A stretch of DNA of 13,862 nt from a virus (lineage: Duplodnaviria > Heunggongvirae > Uroviricota > Caudoviricetes), in the IMG/VR virus record IMGVR_UViG_3300046315_000035. One strand, given 5' to 3'. Within the stretch, counting starts at the first letter, position 1; each line of letters starts with the position of its first letter. The translations under genes and the position numbers were made by a program. Shown in pieces: positions 6,492-12,885 of the stretch. The notes beneath the pieces are model-generated. The model was not told the origin of the DNA and searched no databases. It worked only from the letters and a program-made list of their open reading frames with translations.

Positions 6492-6780
6492 CAAGCATCT
6501 ATGTAAATTAAACTTACAATCTTTAGTAAATCATGGTATTAAGCGCCACGACCCTGCGTAAGATACAACTTGGTTTAACCCTGCTAGATATAAACCTTTG
6601 TATGTTAGCCTATGTATCTTTAAACTCCTTTCAGTCATAGGTACTTCAGTACAAGCTGGATAAGTAACCAGCACTAATTTCGCTTCGCTAATTAGTCAAG
6701 CACTAACAACAAATCGTATCTCATTGTAGACAAATCTACAGTGTTTGTCCATAATGGTTAACAAAAAGAATAATACAACT

Positions 6781-6993
6781 ATGAACTGCATTACATGCAA
6801 TCGTTACTTTAAGCAAAACGCTTTCAACAAAACAGCAGAGTGTGAAGAATGCTTGGATGCTGCTTTTTTGAACTTAGATTCAGAAGTGCAAGTTGACTTT
6901 GAATTGCTTAAGAATCCTTCTGGTAAAACAATCCCTGTATTCTATGATGACGAGTACAACGATCCAGAAATAGATACAAGAGATTCTATTTAA
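6781..6993 (+). CDS. Small putative zinc-binding protein (CxxC...CxxC) with an acidic C-terminus
   Basis: CITC and CEEC motifs. The start is uncertain (6745 TTG, 6754 ATG or 6781 ATG). Confidence 0.7.
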   Translation: MNCITCNRYFKQNAFNKTAECEECLDAAFLNLDSEVQVDFELLKNPSGKTIPVFYDDEYNDPEIDTRDSI

Positions 6994-6997
6994 AGTA

Positions 6998-7026
6998 TTG
7001 ACAGAAGGTAAAACTGCTGTTACAAT
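6998..7026 (+). promoter_or_regulatory. Sigma70-type promoter for the tRNA cluster
   Basis: TTGACA-N17-TACAAT with TGn, 10 nt upstream of tRNA-Thr. Confidence 0.88.
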
Positions 7027-7036
7027 AGCTTTATTG

Positions 7037-7110
7037 GCTGGATTAGTTCAACGGTAGAACAGGGGTTTTGTAGTCCTCAGATGAGTGTTCGATTCATTCA
7101 TTCAGCACCA
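7037..7110 (+). tRNA. tRNA-Thr(UGU)
   Basis: Acceptor GCTGGAT/ATTCAGC, D stem GTTC/GAAC, anticodon loop TT-TGT-AG, T loop TTCGATT, encoded CCA. Confidence 0.9.
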
Positions 7111-7115
7111 AACAT

Positions 7116-7191
7116 GCTATCATCTTCTAATGGTTAGGAAAACGGGTTTTCATCCCGTCAATCGTGAGTTCGATTCTCCGTGATAGCTCCA
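7116..7191 (+). tRNA. tRNA-Glu(UUC)
   Basis: Acceptor GCTATCA/TGATAGC, anticodon stem ACGGG/CCCGT with loop TT-TTC-AT, T loop TTCGATT (one bulge in the T stem), encoded CCA. Confidence 0.88.
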
Positions 7192-7278
7192 GTAAACGTG
7201 TATTCCGCAACTACGTTAAAAGTTCGGCTGCTCAATCGCCAACGGAAAGAGCATAAGGTTACAGTTGGATAAATTTAT
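7192..7278 (+). ncRNA. Candidate structured spacer RNA between tRNA-Glu and tRNA-Asn
   Basis: Stems AACGTG/TACGTT, TGCTC/GAGCA and GTTCGGCTG/CAGTTGGAT; loop-loop complementarity TTCCG/CGGAA. Confidence 0.35.
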
Positions 7279-7357
7279 TCCGTAAAACCCGAGCTAGGCG
7301 CATGGGCGTGACTGTTAATCACTGGTTAGATTGGTTCGAATCCAATGTACGGAGCCA
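7279..7357 (+). tRNA. tRNA-Asn(GUU) with an atypical enlarged D arm
   Basis: Acceptor TCCGTA/TACGGA, anticodon loop CT-GTT-AA, T arm ATTGG-TTCGAAT-CCAAT, G73 and encoded CCA. Confidence 0.85.
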
Positions 7358-7360
7358 TTA

Positions 7361-7436
7361 CTGAGTGTAGCCTAGATAGTCAGGCACTTGATTTGGGGTC
7401 AAGATCACGGGTATGCGAGTTACTCCATTCAGACCA
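7361..7436 (+). tRNA. tRNA-Pro(UGG) with a non-canonical D/T elbow
   Basis: C1-G72, A73 and CCA; anticodon stem CTTGA/TCAAG with loop TT-TGG-GG; D loop AGATAGTC; T loop TGCGAGT. Confidence 0.85.
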
Positions 7437-7460
7437 ATTTAACGTCATCGAAGGATAGAC

Positions 7461-7865
7461 ATGATAGATAAAAAGAAAGAGCAACTTGGAATGAATCCAA
7501 GTACAGCAAGCGGTAGACTAGTAAAAGATATTTTATGGTCTTTTATTGTAAAAAATTGTCAAGATACTTGTTGCAAATGCGGTAATCAAATGACAAGAGA
7601 AACGTTTTCAATTGAACATTTAAAACCTTGGTTAGATAGTGATGATCCTGTTGGGTTGTATTTCAATCTAGACAATATCTCGTTTAGTCATCTATCTTGT
7701 AATATATCTGATGCTAGAAAACAAGAAGCTGTTTGTGGAACATACACCAGATATAAAAATCACTCGTGTCGCTGTGATCCGTGCAAATTAGCTGCGTCAG
7801 ATTTCAAAGCAAAGTATTATACAAAAGAGTCCAGACAAAAACAATATGTTAGAACTGGAAACTAA
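7461..7865 (+). CDS. HNH homing-type endonuclease inserted in the tRNA cluster
   Basis: CCKC...SIEHLKPW...NISFSHLSCN (HNH core with Zn ligands) and a C-terminal CGT..Y....CRC.PC Cys cluster. Confidence 0.8.
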   Translation: MIDKKKEQLGMNPSTASGRLVKDILWSFIVKNCQDTCCKCGNQMTRETFSIEHLKPWLDSDDPVGLYFNLDNISFSHLSCNISDARKQEAVCGTYTRYKNHSCRCDPCKLAASDFKAKYYTKESRQKQYVRTGN

Positions 7866-7869
7866 TTTA

Positions 7870-7954
7870 GGATGAGTATCCCTTTAAAGAGGAGGTGTGG
7901 CCTGTAAAGCCGCTGTCATTGACTCGCTAGGAGCGTTACCTAGATCATCCACCA
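7870..7954 (+). tRNA. tRNA-Tyr(GUA), long variable arm, non-canonical T loop
   Basis: Acceptor GGATGA/TCATCC, A73 and CCA; anticodon arm GTGGC-CTGTAAA-GCCGC; variable arm GTC-ATT-GAC; T arm CTAGG-AGCGTTA-CCTAG. Confidence 0.83.
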
Positions 7955-7959
7955 AACAT

Positions 7960-8289
7960 GACCTGAAATAACGGTCCGACAGGTGAAATGCCTGTACCTA
8001 ACACCAAAGAACCGTTCGAGAGGTAGCTTCGGCTATTACGGGAAGTAGCAGGGGATGCGCCCTACGCTATAAGTTAAAACGCATACCTTTATTTTAATAA
8101 AGGGTATAACTTACATTAAAGAACCTACCTTGGGTCCGAAGTCCCTTCGGTTTTAGGCGTCCCACGAATCTGTTGCGTGGTAACACGGAGTTTAGAAGCT
8201 TCGGGTGAGTATTGCCAAATGCTCATGCAAAGGATACAGCGTATTATCTGCGGTAGATACGAAAAGGCTACTCGGGAATCGTAACCCGA
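7960..8289 (+). ncRNA. Candidate ~330-nt structured non-coding RNA between tRNA-Tyr and terS
   Basis: No ORF of 60 aa or more; at least nine local hairpins including a C(UUCG)G tetraloop; nested long-range helices 8044-8049/8267-8272 and 8063-8068/8238-8243. Confidence 0.65.
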
Positions 8290-8310
8290 ACTAATTTATA
8301 AGGAAATAAT

Positions 8311-8655
8311 ATGACGTTCAAAAAAGGCGAAAGTGGTAATCTAAAAGGAAGACCCAAAAGCGTAAACTTACTTGAAAAGCCAACTAACCGTGAACTAAAA
8401 GAGCGTGAATTAGTAATGCTCTTACGTAAGATTAAACCTCACGTAGCTGAAGCTATTATGCAAGCTGCTGCGATTATGAAGAATGAAGAAGCTAGTCACC
8501 AAAACCAACTAAAAGCTGCAACTATCCTTTTGGATAACTATCGCAGACTAACTCTTGATATGTATGATGGTGAAGAACAAGCCGAAGAAGCTGGTGTAGA
8601 AGTACAGCAAAATAATGCTCCAATTTTCAGCTTGAAGGTTGTAAACGAAGAATAA
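8311..8655 (+). CDS. Putative terminase small subunit
   Basis: N-terminal FKKGESGNLKGRPK motif (DUF5681-like, common in TerS), a helical body, an AAGGA RBS, and its position upstream of terL. Confidence 0.7.
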   Translation: MTFKKGESGNLKGRPKSVNLLEKPTNRELKERELVMLLRKIKPHVAEAIMQAAAIMKNEEASHQNQLKAATILLDNYRRLTLDMYDGEEQAEEAGVEVQQNNAPIFSLKVVNEE

Positions 8656-8665
8656 TTTTATGCAA

Positions 8666-8738
8666 CAGCTAGGTTGGCCCACCGAAAAGACGATTACTCA
8701 CCGTCCTGCTGCTTGTCTATTCAGTGAGATCGTTGGAG
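8666..8738 (+). promoter_or_regulatory. Structured RNA leader (three-way junction plus pseudoknot or alternative helix) abutting the HNH RBS
   Basis: Helices CAGC-T-AG/CT-GCTG, TTGG/CCGA and GACG/CGTC; loop CTCAC (8697-8701) complements GTGAG (8724-8728); the RBS GGAG is at 8735-8738. Confidence 0.5.
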
Positions 8739-8744
8739 AATGAA

Positions 8745-9266
8745 ATGAAAATTTGTAGCACATGTAATGACGAAAAAGATTTTAACTTTTTTGCTAAGAA
8801 TAAATCTAAAGCTGGTGGATATCAGTCACAATGTAAAAGTTGTGTAAAAAGTCATTACCATAAAAATAAAGAAAAAATATCAGAAAAATATAAAATCTGG
8901 TATGATAAAAATAAAGAACAAAAACAAGGTAATCACAGAGAGTGGTACGAGAAAAATAAAACACTTCGTAGTGAATACAACAAAGCTTGGCGAGAAAATA
9001 ACATTGCTTATTGTAGAGCAAGAAACATGCTACGTTATGCTGAAAAAAGTAGCGCAACACCACCTTGGTTGACAAATTTGGATAAATTACTTATTCAGGA
9101 ATTTTACATAACTGCTAGAAAACTAGAACTTGAGACAGGAACTAAATATCACGTAGATCATATTGTACCACTTCAAGGTGAAAATGTTTGTGGTTTGCAC
9201 GTACCGTGGAATTTACAAGTAATTACAGCAGAAGAAAATTTAAAGAAAAGTAATAAATATGAATGA
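8745..9266 (+). CDS. HNH homing endonuclease with an N-terminal Zn finger, between terS and terL
   Basis: CSTC...CKSC; ATPPW; YHVDHIVPLQGENVCGLHVPWNLQVITAEENLKKSN. ATG8745 follows GGAG; the gene overlaps terL by 8 nt. Confidence 0.9.
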   Translation: MKICSTCNDEKDFNFFAKNKSKAGGYQSQCKSCVKSHYHKNKEKISEKYKIWYDKNKEQKQGNHREWYEKNKTLRSEYNKAWRENNIAYCRARNMLRYAEKSSATPPWLTNLDKLLIQEFYITARKLELETGTKYHVDHIVPLQGENVCGLHVPWNLQVITAEENLKKSNKYE

Positions 9267-10728
9267 ACAAGTGATTATTGGACCTGCAAGTAAAAAACAG
9301 GAGTTATTTTTAAATAGCGAGGCAACAATTACTTTAGCGGGTGGTGCAGCAGGTTCTGGTAAAACATACACGGCTTTACTAATTGCACTAAAGTTTATGC
9401 AGAATCCGAGGGCTACTGGTGTAATCTTTCGTAGAACTTCTAAGATGCTTACTGCTCCCGGTTCAATCTGGCATGAAGCAGTGCATTTATACACAAGTCT
9501 TTATCCTAACTTAAGAATTAGATCGAGAGAGCTAGAACTTGTATTTCCTAATGGAGCACTTCTAAAATTCAGTCACATGCAACATGCTACTAATGCTATG
9601 GATCACAAAGGTGGTCAGTACTCATTAGTTATTTTTGATGAAGCAACTGACTTTGAAGAAGAAATGGTAGTATACCTATTATCCCGTATGCGAAATGCTT
9701 ATGTAGATTATAAACCACAGATGTTTTTAATGACGAATCCCGATTATAATTCATTCTTGAGAAATTGGTTAGAAGATTACTACTTAGACCCAAACACAGG
9801 TATTCCGTTACCTGAGCGCACAGGACACAAGCGTTATTTCTTTCGTCAAGGTAATACAATGCTTTGGTACAATAGTCTAGCTGAAGCTGAAGCTGCTCAC
9901 GGTGCTGGTAACGAATCAGGTATTTCATCTTTTACCTTTATTGGTGCTACTTGTCGAGATAACCCTCCGCTACTCAAAGCACAACCAGATTATATCAGTC
10001 GATTGATGTCACTTCCTCGTGTAGAGAAAGAAAGACTACTAGACGGTTCATGGTTTGCTCGTCAAGAGTCTGCTGGTCTATTCAAACGTGAATGGGTGGG
10101 TTTAGTCGATCATGCCAACGGTAGAGCAAGAAAAAGAATTAGAGCTTGGGACTTTGCGTTTAGTAAACCATCTGAACAATATCCAAATCCCGACTGGTCA
10201 AGAGGTGTTTTAATCTCTAAAGACCCACACAATCTATACACAGTAGAAGATGTAGTATCCATTAGAGATAGAGTACACGAAGTAGAAAAGCTGGTATTCG
10301 ATACTGCACTACAAGATGGTCAAGACGTAACGATCAGCATTCCGCTAGACCCTGCTGCAGCCGCTGGCGCTTACGCCAAGGATTTACAGCGCAAGTTAGC
10401 TGAAATGGGTTTTAACGTAAGATTAACAAAGCCTGTCAAATCAAAGATTACTCGCTTTGCACCTTTCTCAAGTATAGCACAAGCTGGTTTCGTAAACGTA
10501 GTAAAAGCCAACTGGAATAAAGATTTCTTTGACGAATTAGAAGTCTTTGATGGTGATCCGAAGAAGAAAGACGATCAAGTTGACTGCTGCTCAGATGCAA
10601 TGCTTTTGTTGAATAAAGATACTCAGCTACCGCAGTTTACTCTACCAGATTTTACAGGTACTAGTCCATTTGATGGAAGTGTATCAGGTTTCAATATCCC
10701 TACTTTTAATAGTTCATTAGTTTCATAA
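9259..10728 (+). CDS. terL: Terminase large subunit
   Basis: Walker A GGAAGSGKT, Walker B LVIFDE, coupling motif MTNP, and RNase H-like nuclease motifs RAWDFA and DDQVD. Confidence 0.95.
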   Translation: MNEQVIIGPASKKQELFLNSEATITLAGGAAGSGKTYTALLIALKFMQNPRATGVIFRRTSKMLTAPGSIWHEAVHLYTSLYPNLRIRSRELELVFPNGALLKFSHMQHATNAMDHKGGQYSLVIFDEATDFEEEMVVYLLSRMRNAYVDYKPQMFLMTNPDYNSFLRNWLEDYYLDPNTGIPLPERTGHKRYFFRQGNTMLWYNSLAEAEAAHGAGNESGISSFTFIGATCRDNPPLLKAQPDYISRLMSLPRVEKERLLDGSWFARQESAGLFKREWVGLVDHANGRARKRIRAWDFAFSKPSEQYPNPDWSRGVLISKDPHNLYTVEDVVSIRDRVHEVEKLVFDTALQDGQDVTISIPLDPAAAAGAYAKDLQRKLAEMGFNVRLTKPVKSKITRFAPFSSIAQAGFVNVVKANWNKDFFDELEVFDGDPKKKDDQVDCCSDAMLLLNKDTQLPQFTLPDFTGTSPFDGSVSGFNIPTFNSSLVS

Positions 10729-10743
10729 TCAAAGGAGCCGTTG

Positions 10744-12219
10744 ATGGCACGTAAATCACAAAATAACTCAGTACAAAAAGCAGTGGATGATACACCGGAT
10801 CGTTTCAAGTTAAGTGAATCAGGATATCTTGGTTTAAACGTCTTCAGTGGTGTTTCCAATGATGAACTAAAGCGAGAACTGAACTTTCCTAGTAGCATCA
10901 ATACCTATAAGCAAATGTCTTATCACGGTACTATCAATGCAGCTTTAACTTTGTATGAAAACTTAGTTGGTAAAGTCGATTGGAGTTTTAAACCGATTAA
11001 AGATGCTAATGCTGAAGAAACTCGTCAAGCTGAAATGATCAATGAAATGATGCATGACCTTACTGATCAAAACTGGTCAGAGTTTATTTCAGAAGCAATG
11101 TCTGCAAACATGTACGGTTTCTCAGTGCAAGAAAAAGTATACCGTAGACGCTTAAAAGCAAATGGTTCAAAGTACAACGATGGTGTAATCGGTTGGAAAA
11201 AGCTACCAATTCGTAATCAAGAGACAATCGAAAAGTTTATCTTCAGTGAAGATGGTAACGAAGTAAAAGGTGTAAAGCAAAACCTTTCAGCCGTTTCAGA
11301 TGTATATAATCGCTACTCAAGTCGTGTAAATAATGAAGTAATTTTACCTCGTAGTAAGGTTATGTTGTTTCGTGCAGGTAAGCACAAGGGTGATCCATTC
11401 GGTAAATCAATGCTTCGTGATGCGTACTTAGCTTGGAGATTTCTAAGCGTAATCGAAGAGATTGAAGCCAACGGTGTAGCCAAGGACTTAGCGGGTTTAC
11501 CCGTACTAAAGCTTCCTCCACAGTATCTGTCTTCAGATGCATCTCCAGATCAAAAAGCAATTCGTGCTTACTATGAAAATGTAATGCGTAACTTGCAGCT
11601 AAATCAGCAATCTGCTTTGATTCTACCACAAGCACATGATCCTGATTCCAAGCAACCAATGTTTGAGCTAGAGCTACTATCGCTAAACGGTAGTAAAGCA
11701 ATGGATACGTCTAAGATTAAAGAATACTATAAAAATCTAATTTTAACATCCTTGTTTGCTGATATTCTAGTATTGGGTCAATCAGGTGGTGGTTCTAACG
11801 CTCTTGGTCAGGTTAAAAACTCCTTATCCGCTACTGCAGCAGAGGCAATGCTTCGCAAGATTCGTGATGTAATTAATGAAGACTTAATTAAGCAAACATA
11901 CGAACTAAACGGTTGGGATACTTCTAGAATGGGTCACATGGACTTTGACAACCTAGAAACCGAAGACCTAGAATCATTCTCTAAAGCTGTTCAGCGTTTC
12001 GCTAGTACTTCTGTTATTGAAATTGACCGTGCTGTACTAAATAGAGTTCGTGAGAGTATTGGTGTTGATGCACTACCTCAAGATCAGGAACCTAATCAGG
12101 AATTATTACCTGCAATGACCTCTCGTAGTGGTGATGGTTTTGCTACTGCAGGTGAAGGTACAGCAACTTCTCCTTCCGGTAACGATACCAGTTCTGGTAA
12201 CTTAGAGAATGCAGCGTGA
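10744..12219 (+). CDS. Portal protein (DUF935-like)
   Basis: About 490 aa directly after terL, with MYGFSVQEKVY, WKKLPIRNQ, GDPFGKSMLRDAY and G.AKDLAGLP motifs. The AAGGAG RBS favours ATG10744 over TTG10741. Confidence 0.88.
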   Translation: MARKSQNNSVQKAVDDTPDRFKLSESGYLGLNVFSGVSNDELKRELNFPSSINTYKQMSYHGTINAALTLYENLVGKVDWSFKPIKDANAEETRQAEMINEMMHDLTDQNWSEFISEAMSANMYGFSVQEKVYRRRLKANGSKYNDGVIGWKKLPIRNQETIEKFIFSEDGNEVKGVKQNLSAVSDVYNRYSSRVNNEVILPRSKVMLFRAGKHKGDPFGKSMLRDAYLAWRFLSVIEEIEANGVAKDLAGLPVLKLPPQYLSSDASPDQKAIRAYYENVMRNLQLNQQSALILPQAHDPDSKQPMFELELLSLNGSKAMDTSKIKEYYKNLILTSLFADILVLGQSGGGSNALGQVKNSLSATAAEAMLRKIRDVINEDLIKQTYELNGWDTSRMGHMDFDNLETEDLESFSKAVQRFASTSVIEIDRAVLNRVRESIGVDALPQDQEPNQELLPAMTSRSGDGFATAGEGTATSPSGNDTSSGNLENAA

Positions 12220-12601
12220 CGAGTTTTGCGAGACAAAGCTCTTGCAGGATAAAATTGCTGCTGTCTACTGGTTGCACCTAAAAGATGACACTGACGTGTT
12301 CACACAAGGATACGTTGGTGTTACGACCCGTTTGATTGAAGTTAGGTTTAAAGAGCATTGTAGTAAGTTTATGAATTCTTACAACCCTTACAATCCTTTG
12401 CACTTAGCATTTGCCAAACACGGAATAGAAAATATCGTAATAACTAGACTTTGTGTGTGCAATGAAAAAGAAGCATATAACATAGAAAAGATTTTTCGAC
12501 CATTTGAATACATGGGTTGGAATTCCGCACAAGGTGGTAAATTCTCACCAAAAGTAATAGAAATTATACATAGGAAAAGAAATGCCATACTCAGCAGATA
12601 A
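12209..12601 (+). CDS. GIY-YIG family endonuclease (free-standing homing type)
   Basis: VYWLHL...GYVGVT...RFKEH, LHLAFAKHG, EKEAYNIE and GWNSAQGG motifs; overlaps both neighbouring genes. Confidence 0.82.
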   Translation: MQRDEFCETKLLQDKIAAVYWLHLKDDTDVFTQGYVGVTTRLIEVRFKEHCSKFMNSYNPYNPLHLAFAKHGIENIVITRLCVCNEKEAYNIEKIFRPFEYMGWNSAQGGKFSPKVIEIIHRKRNAILSR

Positions 12602-12803
12602 CGTCCCTCAATGGGCAAGCAAAAAATCAAAATCAGTTCAAGAAGTAGCTATTAGAGTATTTAACCAGACTTTAAAAGATACAGGTTCTGAAGAGAAAGC
12701 TAGAATTGCTTCCTTGGCAGCTATGTCAAATGCAGAAGAAGCGAACAAAAAGAATAAAGTAAAGAAAACCGTAGAGGATATTATTAAAAGTAAATACACT
12801 TGA
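12582..12803 (+). CDS. ChaB-like small protein
   Basis: MPYS..NVP....KS..VQEVAIRVFNQ....GSEEKARIASLAAM matches the ChaB pattern MPY....LP......A..I....FN.A......EE.A...AWAAVK by eye. Confidence 0.6.
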   Translation: MPYSADNVPQWASKKSKSVQEVAIRVFNQTLKDTGSEEKARIASLAAMSNAEEANKKNKVKKTVEDIIKSKYT

Positions 12804-12828
12804 ATTAATAGTAATTCTATGATATAAT
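12800..12828 (+). promoter_or_regulatory. Sigma70-type promoter with extended -10
   Basis: TTGAAT-N17-TATAAT with TGn. Confidence 0.8.
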
Positions 12829-12838
12829 AGTTTAAAAT

Positions 12839-12871
12839 ACCCCGGCTAACTGCTCGGGGTTATTGTTGTTT
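12839..12871 (+). terminator. GC-rich hairpin with a weak T-rich tail (terminator or 5' stabilising hairpin)
   Basis: ACCCCG/CGGGGT stem followed by TATTGTTGTTT. Confidence 0.4.
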
Positions 12872-12885
12872 ATAAAGGAGAGAAC

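Noticed and set aside
6533-6640. 35-aa ORF MVLSATTLRKIQ...
   Set aside because: It has no recognisable RBS and lies within a region better explained by RNA structure.
7192-7278. HDV-like theta or pistol ribozyme
   Set aside because: There is no room for the P2 5' strand or a J4/2 catalytic motif, and the resemblance to pistol is limited to ACGTTAAA.
7037-7954. Suppressor tRNAs or genetic-code reassignment
   Set aside because: All five anticodons are sense, and the long genes translate without internal stops in the standard code.
7960-8289. tmRNA (including permuted), RNase P RNA or group I intron
   Set aside because: There is no Ala acceptor with G3-U70. The GAAGTCC and AAAGAACC look-alikes cannot form the RNase P P4 helix. 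No P7 GACUA/UAGUC core is present and no gene is interrupted.
6291-12630. ORF-track - strand entries 6291..6494, 8806..9075, 9240..9494, 9629..9928, 10623..10901, 11360..11701 and 12388..12630
   Set aside because: They are antisense shadows of conserved + strand genes.
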